Below are positions 26,970-36,519 of a DNA stretch of 64,000 nucleotides, piece by piece. Source of the DNA: a candidate division WWE3 bacterium RIFCSPHIGHO2_01_FULL_40_23 (lineage in GTDB: Bacteria; Patescibacteriota; WWE3; UBA101185; 2-01-FULL-41-18); NCBI GenBank assembly GCA_001772615.1, contig MEUZ01000007.1, forward strand, positions 108,283 to 172,282, read 5' to 3'. Each line of letters begins with the position of its first letter. The first letter of the stretch is position 1. The notes beneath the pieces are model-generated. The model saw only the letters and a program-made list of their open reading frames with translations, was not told the origin of the DNA and searched no databases. The translations under genes and the position numbers were made by a program.

Positions 26970-27401
26970 CTAGGCGCGGGCGTGAAGGGCCTTGTGGACC
27001 TTCTGCCGCGCCTTCCGGCTTCCCCCTCCGCCGTACAACGCCCCCTTCTGCCCGGGAGCGCCCTGGGCTTTCCGGGAGTCCTGGGCCCGGGCGGCCTGCC
27101 GAGCCGCGCGAGCGCTCTCGCGGGCCGCGTTGAGGGCCCTCGCCTCGGGACTCCCAGGGGCTGGGCGGCGGGCTACCGCGGCGGACGCTTGTCGGCGCCC
27201 GAGTTCCCCTGCCGCTTTGCGAGCGGCCTCCTCCCCCCTGAACTTCTCCCAGGCCTCATCGGCCTGGACCTTCACCGTGCGGAAAGCACGGCACGCACGG
27301 TCGCAAAAGCTCTGCGACCTTGAGCTCCCCCACGTCGGGGGGAAAACGACCGTGGCGGTCGCGAGGGCTTTCGCCCCGCAACCGCAGTTAATAATATTCA
27401 T
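26970..27401 (-). CDS. hypothetical protein with N-terminal Cys cluster and Arg/Ala-rich tail
   Basis: AAAAGGAGAAG RBS; MNIINCGCGAK...CDRACRAF followed by low complexity. Last gene of the GC-rich island. Confidence 0.45.
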   Translation of the reverse strand: MNIINCGCGAKALATATVVFPPTWGSSRSQSFCDRACRAFRTVKVQADEAWEKFRGEEAARKAAGELGRRQASAAVARRPAPGSPEARALNAARESARAARQAARAQDSRKAQGAPGQKGALYGGGGSRKARQKVHKALHARA

Positions 27402-27494
27402 TTTTTACTTCTCCTTTTTGATTTATTTTTCCGTTCAAAGATTCCTTCCTTAAAAGAAATCCTCCAAAGGCAAAACAACTCTTTGGAGAAATAT

Positions 27495-27574
27495 GTCATC
27501 GCGAACGAAGTGAAGCGATCTCTTCAGATTGCTTCTCCGCTTCTGACAGTTGGCGGATAGTGGATCGCAATGAC
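27495..27574. repeat. Family-2 palindromic repeat
   Basis: GTCATCGCGAACGAAGTGAAGCGATC...GATTGCTTCTCCGC...GATCGCAATGAC. Confidence 0.7.
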
Positions 27575-27920
27575 TCAAGGAGGATAGGTTTTGGGGAGAA
27601 GGCAGGCTTACGAAAAACCTCACCCTCTCCCCTAACCTCAAAATACAAATTTCAAGTAATAGTTTATTCAATTGTCAAAGTGCTTTTGGGCCGTTATGAA
27701 AGTGTTAAAATACTAAATGAGTCAATAACGCAATCAAAAAACCCAAAAACGTACACAAAGCATTAATAAATGGATCAATACTTTGTCCAGTTTGGAGGCC
27801 CTACCACCTCCATCCTGGATAAAAGTCAACTACTTTTCATTTGGTAGGTTTAGTAATTGACCCTTCTTGATTGACAAGTCTCTTGTCAATCAAGAAGTTG
27901 ATTCATCGTTTACGGGTTCT

Positions 27921-28031
27921 GTCATTCCGGCGAAAGCCTGTCATCCTGACGTAAGTCAGGATCTAGATCCCGGGTCAAGCCCGGGATGACAAGGATCCAG
28001 TCCTGTACGACATAAAGTCAGCTCAGGATGA
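27921..28031. repeat. Family-1 nested palindromic repeat cluster (four hairpin units)
   Basis: GTCATTCCGGCGAAAGCC, GTCATCCTGACGTAAGTCAGGATC, AGATCCCGGGTCAAGCCCGGGATGACA and AGTCAGCTCAGGATGAC. Confidence 0.75.
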
Positions 28032-28326
28032 CTTAAAAAATTTAAATTTGGCTTAGGAAAATGAAGGTAGGGTTAAGTCTCTCCCCTAACTTCAATCCTA
28101 TTCATCCTAATCTGAACCTCCTTTTAAGAGGTTCAGTTAAGATCCAAACTGTGAGGAGTAATCCTCACGCTTGGGTTCTCTCCCCTCGTACCAAACATGA
28201 ATTTATTGGCAGGTTACGAAGGTAGGTTTCAGGCTTTAGCCTGATTCGTAAACAAATTAATGTTTACTACTTGTTTATAGTCCGCGCGGATTACTCCGGG
28301 CTAAGACTCCTTCAGTTTCAGCTTGA

Positions 28327-28383
28327 GATTGCTTCTCCCTCAACATCCACCTGCCTCAGGCAGGAGCTCGGGATCGCAATGAC
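28327..28383. repeat. Family-2 palindromic repeat
   Basis: GATTGCTTCTCCC...CTGCCTCAGGCAGG...GATCGCAATGAC. Confidence 0.65.
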
Positions 28384-29349
28384 GTACTGAAAGCAAAGAA
28401 CTTTAGCCCTGCTTCGCCCTTCGGGCTACACAGGACTTAAGAAACTGTATTTTCGCCAATGGCGAAAACAGTTTCTAAAGCAATCAATCTCTCGTATTAG
28501 AGGCCACCCTTTCCACCGGTTGGCGGACCAGATTCCTCAAGCATTTCCGGCAAAGCCGGTACTAATAAGCTTATTTACTCGCGGTAGGAGGCTAAATTTA
28601 CTGTCGGTGTTGGGATATACCCAAAACAGGCTCAAAGAGCGTAAACAAGCCAAGCTTTCAATAAACTACAGGTCTTGTCATACTTTTTCGCTAATTTACC
28701 GATACTTATAGGACAAGCCTTTAAACTGCGTGCTTTGTTATTTACCCTACTCCGTCCGCCTGTCGGCTGACTACGCAGGGCTTAAGAGCTCCCAATCTGC
28801 TTCGCAGGAAGAAGCCTCTAAAGCAGGCATAAATCTATCTGCACGGTCGGTAGGACCTTAAAAATCTCTCCCCTTTCAAGGCAGGTTAAACCTCCTAAAT
28901 ATCGGGTGTTTTCAAGTATTTCCGTGCCATGTAGACAGATCTCTACCTGCTATTTCTCTCATTGTCATATAACTATAGGTTCTTCTAATCCGGTTACCCT
29001 TAAAGGCCAACAGGACAAGACAAAGCTTTAGCCTTCTAACCCAAGTTATAGGCAACAAAAAAGCCAGGATCTAAGGAAAAGACTTTTCCCTAAATCCCGG
29101 CTTTCTATGAGAGTTACAAGCTTTGGTAGGCTTTAACTTAAGCACAAAGGATATGGTAGGTCTCTCCCTTCACTTAATTTCAATTTTCAAAGTCCATTTG
29201 ACTTTACGATCTTATTATATCCTATAGCAAACATTCTGTCAAGTGCTCTGACAAAATACACAAAATGAAAAGAAGCAATTTAGCTTCCATCACAGCACTA
29301 TAATACTACAGGTCTTGACATTTGTCAATAACTTTGACACTATTTCTTT

Positions 29350-30141
29350 ATGGATGTGTTTGAGGATACACTTTATCATTGCGGCTTGTCAGAGCCTGAA
29401 GCTAAAGTCTACACTGCTCTCCTTAACTCCGGAGGCCAAACTGTTTTACAGCTATCCGCCCACGCTTCGCTTAAGCGCACAAACCTCTATAACGTTCTTG
29501 AGGACCTCACCAAAAAAGGCGTTGTAGCGGGAAAGAAGGTTAGAGGCAAAACCTTATATTTCCCTGAATCACCCAGAAGACTTGAAGACCTGCTCCTTGT
29601 CAGGGAAAACAGTATTTACACGGCAAGACAAACCCTGGAACTTGTGATGGGCATCCTGCAATCAAAATTCAACCTGATTACCAACAAACCCGTAATAACC
29701 TATCTTGAGGGTCTGCCGGGACTTAAAAGGCTGTACCAAGATATCCTTGATACCGGCCAAGATATCCTTCTATTCAGATCAACTTTTGATGATAAAAGAG
29801 CCGATGTTGACAGGCTCATTAAAAAGCAAATCACCGACCAGGTAAAAAGGGGGATTCACGCCCGGGTCATAAGCCCCTTTGAAACGGACGCCAAGGAAAT
29901 GTATTTAAAATACGACAAGTTCAGGCTGGTATCGCAAAAGTTCACTACAAAATTTCCCTTAAACCTTCCCGCCCAGATAATTATTTATGGAAATAAAATC
30001 TCAATGTCTACAATAAGAAAGGACATCATCATTACTTTAATTGACAATAAAGACATAACCGAAACCTTTAAAGTCCTCTTTGAGTTTGTTTGGGCTTATC
30101 TTGAAACGGAGCACAAAGAGCTTGTAAAAAACTGGAAGTAA
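29350..30141 (+). CDS. TrmB-family transcriptional regulator
   Basis: N-terminal winged HTH LSEPEAKVYTALLNSGGQTVLQLSAHASLKRTNLYNVLEDLTKKGVV is typical of TrmB; 263 aa. A TTGACA -35-like hexamer lies at ~29317. Confidence 0.7.
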   Translation: MDVFEDTLYHCGLSEPEAKVYTALLNSGGQTVLQLSAHASLKRTNLYNVLEDLTKKGVVAGKKVRGKTLYFPESPRRLEDLLLVRENSIYTARQTLELVMGILQSKFNLITNKPVITYLEGLPGLKRLYQDILDTGQDILLFRSTFDDKRADVDRLIKKQITDQVKRGIHARVISPFETDAKEMYLKYDKFRLVSQKFTTKFPLNLPAQIIIYGNKISMSTIRKDIIITLIDNKDITETFKVLFEFVWAYLETEHKELVKNWK

Positions 30142-30145
30142 AGCC

Positions 30146-31684
30146 TTAAAACTTTTCTGATAAGTAATTATCAAACTTTCTTGCGGCCTGCGGGAATCTC
30201 TCCGCTAGTTCTCCTGAAAAAGAGGCTTCATTGTGGGCTTTCTCTATACTCACAAGGGCTAAAACCTTACCCGGCCTTTCAGAAGGATAAACTTTCCTCT
30301 TTACACCGTCCTCCGTCACCGTCTCAATCCTTCCGACGCCAAGATCAAGCGAAACAGCTTTGTGCCCTCGGGTTTTTAAGTCACTAAGATCAATTGCAAC
30401 CCTTCCCTCTTCTTTAGTTCTCCCATGTGTAGATTTAAAATTAATCCTGGCTTCTCCCCCCTCCACAGATTCAGGCCTGATGTTAACAACAAGTCTATCT
30501 AAAGTATCCGGGTTAATAAACTCGTATACCGTGGCATTGTTCCTCTTATCAACATTTTTAGGCTTCTCCAGTACAAGAGGAGAAGGGCTTAAAGACAGGT
30601 TTCCAATTAATGTAAGAGTATGCCTTATTATTCTCATGTTATCTAAAATATCTTTAACTTCTATATCTGTATCCCCACCGCTTCTTCCGAGTATTAAAGC
30701 CGCCCTCATAAACTCTGCGCTTTTTCTAATTAACGCCTCATAAGCCTGGTCTGAAAAGGATACGCCCACAGCTGTTTCAGTATTACGAAGGATGCTTCTT
30801 AATGAATCGGCTTCTTGCGTCAAAGCATTAAATTCATTAAACATGCTGATTTTCTCATGAAATGAAACTCTCTCTGACTTTGAAAACTCTAATATCTCTT
30901 CTCCGCTTGCTCCATAATCCATTGTTAGGAACGCTTTAAGACCGCTTTCTCCAAAGACTCTGATAAACTCTGTAAATTCGGTTTTTTTATCTTCCTCCAA
31001 AGATGAGTAATGAACTACAAACCAGCCTTGCTCATGTAATTTAAGTGAACTTAGTTTAACGCCCGTTTTCTTGTCCATTTCATCAAAAAGCTTTCCATAT
31101 CCAGACAAAAAAAGCTGAAGGAAGAATTCCCGTGAGGCTCTTTGCTCTTCAGTTTCATCCGCTTTTGGTAAAAATACATCTTTGGAAGAAAGTTCTAACA
31201 CAAGGGCATCAACTGCTTTTGCCTCTTCTTCCAAATCAAGTTTAAAAAACCCCAAAAGCCTCCCATCTCCTTGAAAAACACCAATCGAACCGCTATTGTC
31301 TATTCTTTGAACATAAGAATCACCGCTTCCATAAAGCCTTACAAAAAATTCAGGATCCTTCTCTTTTACAAGATGGTAAACTTTATCAAAATAATTTACC
31401 CCTTCCTCGCTCTCTACACCTATTTTTCCAAGCTCCAGCCTATATAAAACTTCCGCCGACATTCTTTTAGTTAGAACGTCACTGCTTTCAAGATTCGCAA
31501 GAAGAGGCTCATAAGCGTCATTAATACCAAGCTTTTCAAAAGCCTGCACATAGTGCCTAAGGGCACCATTTGATTGGTATCGCATAAAGTCACAAAGAAA
31601 ACCGATTAATGCCTCCTTGTCCTCTGAAGTCCCGGATTCTCCAAATCTAACAAGATAATCAAGCACATCAAGATGAAGGAGCAT
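30146..31684 (-). CDS. hypothetical protein; downstream segment of a TAG-interrupted ~900-aa ORF
   Basis: Same frame as 31853-32842. Protein-like translation continues for 56 codons upstream of the first ATG right up to the TAG at 31853-31855. No SD precedes the ATG at 31684. Confidence 0.55.
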   Translation of the reverse strand: MLLHLDVLDYLVRFGESGTSEDKEALIGFLCDFMRYQSNGALRHYVQAFEKLGINDAYEPLLANLESSDVLTKRMSAEVLYRLELGKIGVESEEGVNYFDKVYHLVKEKDPEFFVRLYGSGDSYVQRIDNSGSIGVFQGDGRLLGFFKLDLEEEAKAVDALVLELSSKDVFLPKADETEEQRASREFFLQLFLSGYGKLFDEMDKKTGVKLSSLKLHEQGWFVVHYSSLEEDKKTEFTEFIRVFGESGLKAFLTMDYGASGEEILEFSKSERVSFHEKISMFNEFNALTQEADSLRSILRNTETAVGVSFSDQAYEALIRKSAEFMRAALILGRSGGDTDIEVKDILDNMRIIRHTLTLIGNLSLSPSPLVLEKPKNVDKRNNATVYEFINPDTLDRLVVNIRPESVEGGEARINFKSTHGRTKEEGRVAIDLSDLKTRGHKAVSLDLGVGRIETVTEDGVKRKVYPSERPGKVLALVSIEKAHNEASFSGELAERFPQAARKFDNYLSEKF

Positions 31685-31852
31685 ATGTTCATGAGATCCC
31701 CACTCAAGTTCCGAAGGGGTAAAATACTCTTCGTCGGTTAAAGGACCAGCGGGTACTATGGTATCCGAGAGATCGACGGTATCAAAGAAGCCAAGCTCAC
31801 CGGTTTTGGTATTAAAAGCCCAAACAGCGTCTGAGGAGGGTGAAATACCGAC

Positions 31853-32842
31853 CTACTGTTTTATAATTGCCGTGCTCCGTTCACTTGAATCCCTTATCTT
31901 TTCTGACAAGTCTTCAAAAAGTTCTTTAACATAAGGAAGGCCGGAAACTCCGCCTACATTAACGACTGATGCGGCAAATTCATATCTTAATGTGTTAAAC
32001 ACCCCATGATCCGTATGAAAATGACTGGTAGCAAAATCGGATAAAGATTTCATGGCTTCTTCTTTTGATGCCTGATCAAAAGTTTTTGTCGCTTCTTCAT
32101 AGCTTTTTAAAGCGGGAACTAAAAACTCATTCATGAAATGAGCATGGCTGCCTCCCGCTCTGGTATCAAAGGTGTCGGTAAAAGAGAACATCATTGCCGG
32201 CATTTCTGACTTAAAAACCGGATATACATTATTTTCTAAAAGACCAATATAGGCTTTTACAGTTTCATCTGGGGATCTAGGGGCTGCCTGATTTTCGATC
32301 TCGGCAAGCCTTAAGCTAAATGAAGAAGATTGAGGCAAATATTTTGCTTTAGACTTTAAGTAATCCTTTCTTGAGTTATATTGAACCGGATAAAATCTTC
32401 TAGCAGCCCTTTCCTCATTCAATATTCTGGATTCTTCAAAGGAATCCCTTTTGGGTATCGGCTGTCCCTTACCGGAAAGCTCTCTAAACTCTTCAATTGT
32501 TATCGTACTTTCTGGTTGTACGTAGGCATTTGGGAAAAGTTGTGATTCATCCATACCTTTAAAAACAGGAGGAATATAATCGCCTGGTTCTGGTTTAAAC
32601 CAATCATGGGGGAGACTATCGTCATAACCGGGCTCCTCATCATTTTTTTTATCAGGTCTTTTTTTAGAATCATTAGAAATGGCTGCGCCTGGAAAGAGCT
32701 CACCTACAAGCGAGGTGTCTTCTTGTCCAGGAATTTTGGTTTGTGCATCGGGATCTATATCAAAACTTACATCGGAGGCGGATTTATTACCCACAAAACT
32801 ATTATACTTAAATCCAATCCTGAATGAACTAGTGAAATTCAC
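31853..32842 (-). CDS. hypothetical protein; upstream segment of a TAG-interrupted ORF
   Basis: 329 aa ending at TAG; acidic, Pro-rich N-terminal part. Confidence 0.55.
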   Translation of the reverse strand: MNFTSSFRIGFKYNSFVGNKSASDVSFDIDPDAQTKIPGQEDTSLVGELFPGAAISNDSKKRPDKKNDEEPGYDDSLPHDWFKPEPGDYIPPVFKGMDESQLFPNAYVQPESTITIEEFRELSGKGQPIPKRDSFEESRILNEERAARRFYPVQYNSRKDYLKSKAKYLPQSSSFSLRLAEIENQAAPRSPDETVKAYIGLLENNVYPVFKSEMPAMMFSFTDTFDTRAGGSHAHFMNEFLVPALKSYEEATKTFDQASKEEAMKSLSDFATSHFHTDHGVFNTLRYEFAASVVNVGGVSGLPYVKELFEDLSEKIRDSSERSTAIIKQ

Positions 32843-32913
32843 TTTCGCGAGTTTGAGAGCCTACGCGGCAATTTGATAATTATGATAATATCAACAAAGA
32901 AAGGAGAAAGGCC

Positions 32914-33234
32914 ATGGCTTACCTTACTTTTGACCCCTCAGACAAGGGTTTGGAAGATATTCTGGTTCAATACGCCCACCTGCTGGAAAAAGCCCTGGTG
33001 GAGGGGCTTATTCCGTTTGGAGTGGACGAAGACGACGTTATTGTGAGGGTCCTGAAGTGCACAACCCGCATTTGTAACAAAATGCACATCAAGGTCACTT
33101 TGGAAACAGATAACCCCGCTGTAACTGCCGACGCCGTTACCGTCATGCTTCGCAAGGTGCTGACTGCTGAACCCTTCGAGGTCTCCCGCATCTTTGTCGG
33201 CGATGAAGGGGACTGGGCTTCAAATTACGAATAA
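32914..33234 (+). CDS. small hypothetical protein
   Basis: GAAAGGAGAAAGG RBS; 106 aa. Confidence 0.55.
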   Translation: MAYLTFDPSDKGLEDILVQYAHLLEKALVEGLIPFGVDEDDVIVRVLKCTTRICNKMHIKVTLETDNPAVTADAVTVMLRKVLTAEPFEVSRIFVGDEGDWASNYE

Positions 33235-33312
33235 CTCAGAAACGGCGGCACCGGATTCCCAACTGCCGCTTAGCTTTATCGCCTCCGGTTTTATCAGAAC
33301 CTCGGAGGCGTT

Positions 33313-34497
33313 TTAACTCTCATCCGGGGAAAACCTCTTCGCATTCCACTTACCATCAGCTTTTTCCAAAACAATATATGGCTTTCCACGATCGTCTAAG
33401 TAACAATCCCTTAAAACTATCAAACGGTCGGAGATTACTAACGGTTCAAAATTTCTCCCCGTCCTCTTGCCAAGATCAGAACCGGGCTCATGGGTATAAA
33501 GCAAACTCTCCATTAATGAAAAATTATTCGGGTCACTTTCATCCCAAGTGACAAAACCATCTCTCCGCAGTATTCCCTCGTCATCCCTCTCAAGGCTAAG
33601 ACGATGGAATAATTCCTGAAGTGCGTTAGGTTTTTCTCCGGTCATAAAAACGCCCCTAACTATAGTGGAATTTTTATCAAAAAAATTAAGAAGCTTTTCG
33701 CGCGCAGTGTCATCAGGAACTTCTAAATTAACGCTGGATTGAATTTCCTGACCCTGCGGTGTATTTTCTAATGCTTGGATACCAGAAATCGTAGCTCCGG
33801 TTTGTGGGCCTCCTTTGTAAAACCTTGGGTAAAGCGCCCTCACATCATCATTCGAAAGCAAAACCCGTTTACCCTCCTCGTCTGAAAAATACGGAGATCC
33901 GGTTTTGGTATCGTACTCTACGTGAATCTCATTCCCTTCTTTATCCTTAAACCTTATTGTCTCTATCGGTCTATTGGTATCGGAAGTGTCTCTCATTCCC
34001 TTCCCAAGCGCGGCCATAACCAATGCTCTGGCTTTTGCTATCTGCGAATCTTTAATGTTATCCGGATCAATTTTAGGATCAGGTTCAAGTTTTCTAATAG
34101 TCAAACCCTCGTATTCGCCCTCGGCAGAATTCACTAAGTTCTGAGATGCCCCCTCCTTAAGCCCAATGCTTAATTTAATATCAGCGCGTACAGCTTTATC
34201 TTCTTCAAACATCCTATTAACAACCTTTCCCCAGACCGCTCCGTTCAAAATGTTGTGGGCCTCCAAAGGATCCATTCCTTTTGGCATGATAATAACTCCA
34301 GATGCCGGTATTAGAACAATCCCATCGGTAGTTGTTATTGTTTCAATGGAATTCCCTGCAGCTTTGCCTAAAATTTTTTCTGTCAGCTCCGCACCGAATG
34401 TATCAAATAAATCGGAAACTAAGCGCTCATTCAATTCTTCTATTTGAGAGGTTGAAAGTTCGTTTTTTATACCCTCTGTCTCGGCGACATTACTCAC
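33313..34497 (-). CDS. hypothetical protein
   Basis: 394-aa ORF with consistent codon usage; no motif recognised. Confidence 0.5.
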   Translation of the reverse strand: MSNVAETEGIKNELSTSQIEELNERLVSDLFDTFGAELTEKILGKAAGNSIETITTTDGIVLIPASGVIIMPKGMDPLEAHNILNGAVWGKVVNRMFEEDKAVRADIKLSIGLKEGASQNLVNSAEGEYEGLTIRKLEPDPKIDPDNIKDSQIAKARALVMAALGKGMRDTSDTNRPIETIRFKDKEGNEIHVEYDTKTGSPYFSDEEGKRVLLSNDDVRALYPRFYKGGPQTGATISGIQALENTPQGQEIQSSVNLEVPDDTAREKLLNFFDKNSTIVRGVFMTGEKPNALQELFHRLSLERDDEGILRRDGFVTWDESDPNNFSLMESLLYTHEPGSDLGKRTGRNFEPLVISDRLIVLRDCYLDDRGKPYIVLEKADGKWNAKRFSPDES

Positions 34498-34551
34498 ATA
34501 CTTAGCTTACAAGATTTTAATTGTGAAAGTAAAGCCGGACTTAAAATTTAC

Positions 34552-36135
34552 TTAAAGATACCTGATCTTTAATCCACCGTCTCTTAACTCCATCACCTTA
34601 TCCACATCAACCTCGCTCACAAAGTACCTGTCGTGGGAGACAAGAAGCAGAGCGCCCTGATACTCCCTTAACGCACTTTCAACAGCTTCCTTTGCCGAAA
34701 TATCAAGGTGGTTTGTGGGCTCATCAAGGATCAAAAAATCATATTCACCGCAGGCAAAGACCGATAGCTTCAACCTTGCACGCTCCCCCGGGCTTAACAT
34801 TTTAAGTTTTTTATTTAATGCCTCCCTTTCAAATAAGAAGTTTTTCAGGTGAGAGTAAGCCTTGTCATATATCAGAGAGGAGTTCTGTAAAAAGTAGTCC
34901 AATACATTTAGATCAAGGTTAATTGGCTCATTTGATTGAGCAAAGTACCCAATTTTCAACCTCTCCCCTACTCTTAGATCTCCGGAATCAGCTTTTAATA
35001 GGCTTATAGCGCTATTTTCCGGTGATTTATCATTCCTCAAAAGATAATTTGAGTAAATTAGTTTAACAATGGTGCTTTTTCCCGCTCCATTTGGCCCAAA
35101 AAGCCAAATTTTCTCTTTGCCTCTTATTTCAAAATCAACATCAGAGATAACAGGCTTTCCATCAAAAGATTTGGCCAGCTTTTCAGCTTTTACGATAAGC
35201 TTTCCCGAGTGGGTATCACCCGCAATGCGTAAGTTTTCCATTTTCTTAATTTCATATCTTGAAACTTTATTTTCTTCAATCTCCCTCTTAAAACGGCTTT
35301 TGGCTGCTTTTACAGCTCCGGTTTTGCTCCCTACTATCTTGTGAGCAAGGGCTAAAAGATCCTCAAGCTTCTTCTTTTTCTTTAAAAATCTTGTATATTC
35401 ATCCTTTTTCTTCTCGAGAAACTGAAACTTTTGCTCCTGGAAAGTATCATAATTTCCTTCAAAAACATGAAATTCTTTATTCTCAAGCTCAAAAACCCTT
35501 GAGACCGTGTTATTTATGAAAGATCGGTCATGGGAAATCATTAAAACATTTCCCTTAAAATTTTTTATAAAATCCTCAAACCATAAAATACCGTCTATAT
35601 CCAGGTGGTTTGTAGGTTCATCAAGTAAAAGGCTCGTGGGTTCATCCGCTAAAACTTCAAGGAGCTTTAGCTTCATCTGTTCTCCCCCGCTCAAAGAGCC
35701 TATTTTTGTGTATTCATCAAAATTTGAAAAGCCAAGGCGTGACAAGAGAGCGTCAACAAGATGCTTTTTACCCATTTTTAGGATAATTTTTTCTAAAAAT
35801 TCTCCTGCCAAGATTTCAAGAGGCAGATCAAGTTCCTGCGGAAGAAATCCGAGTTTTTCCGATTCAAGGAGAACTGAACCGCCTGTTTTTTCCTCAAGCC
35901 CTGCAATTATCTTAAGAAGCGTGGTTTTGCCGCAGCCATTCGGGCCGGTTAAAGCGACTTTTTCATTTTTAGAAAGCACAAAAGTAACCCCTTGAAAGAG
36001 GGTTTCGCCTGCAAAGTATTCTTTTGCGAGGTCCTTAACCTTAATCACGGAAGAAGTATAGGGTAAAAAAAGGCTATATGAAAGCATAAAAAACCGGCCT
36101 AGGGTTAATAGGCCGGTGATTCCTGCAATCTTCAT
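34552..36135 (-). CDS. ABC-F family ATPase (tandem ABC domains, no TMD)
   Basis: Two Walker A motifs (GPNGCGKTT, GPNGAGKST), two ABC signatures (LSGGEQMKL, LSPGERARL) and an inter-domain linker. The start is coupled to the upstream stop (TAA CTG ATG). Confidence 0.8.
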   Translation of the reverse strand: MKIAGITGLLTLGRFFMLSYSLFLPYTSSVIKVKDLAKEYFAGETLFQGVTFVLSKNEKVALTGPNGCGKTTLLKIIAGLEEKTGGSVLLESEKLGFLPQELDLPLEILAGEFLEKIILKMGKKHLVDALLSRLGFSNFDEYTKIGSLSGGEQMKLKLLEVLADEPTSLLLDEPTNHLDIDGILWFEDFIKNFKGNVLMISHDRSFINNTVSRVFELENKEFHVFEGNYDTFQEQKFQFLEKKKDEYTRFLKKKKKLEDLLALAHKIVGSKTGAVKAAKSRFKREIEENKVSRYEIKKMENLRIAGDTHSGKLIVKAEKLAKSFDGKPVISDVDFEIRGKEKIWLFGPNGAGKSTIVKLIYSNYLLRNDKSPENSAISLLKADSGDLRVGERLKIGYFAQSNEPINLDLNVLDYFLQNSSLIYDKAYSHLKNFLFEREALNKKLKMLSPGERARLKLSVFACGEYDFLILDEPTNHLDISAKEAVESALREYQGALLLVSHDRYFVSEVDVDKVMELRDGGLKIRYL

Positions 36136-36138
36136 CAG

Positions 36139-36519
36139 TTAGACGTCCACAAAAACCTCGCCTGTATGATCAACTTGGGAAAAGAGAACCATGAAGGCTA
36201 CACCCCACAGATCTCTTCCGGTCCCCGGCCAGTCGCTACTTACCTCACCGGTTTCCTGGTTAAAGAAATTCCTCCGAGAGTAAGCGAACCTGGGAAGTGA
36301 TTCGTCTTCTGGATCAAATCCTTTGCCGGAGAGTGTTTTGTACATCAGATCTAACATACCTTGTTCATACGCCATCTCCCCCGTTTCAATCTTTACAAGC
36401 GCGTAAACTGTCCTTCTTCCATCTCTGGCACAGCGACTGCAGTTGTAAATAAGCCTCTCCTCCTTTGGAGGAAAAACTTCCTCCCCGCAAAACGGGCAAG
36501 TTAGTTTTGCCATCGTCAT
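36139..36519 (-). CDS. hypothetical Zn-ribbon protein
   Basis: AAGGAG RBS; CPFCGEE...CSRCARDG (CxxC...CxxC). Confidence 0.55.
   Translation of the reverse strand: MTMAKLTCPFCGEEVFPPKEERLIYNCSRCARDGRRTVYALVKIETGEMAYEQGMLDLMYKTLSGKGFDPEDESLPRFAYSRRNFFNQETGEVSSDWPGTGRDLWGVAFMVLFSQVDHTGEVFVDV

Noticed and set aside
27430-29349. Possible CRISPR array in the 2-kb non-coding tract
   Set aside because: The recurring motifs (TCTCTCCCCT, CTTAAGA) are 8-12 nt long, irregularly spaced (100-700 bp) and lack the 25-40 bp repeat / 30-40 bp spacer periodicity of CRISPR. No cas genes are present.
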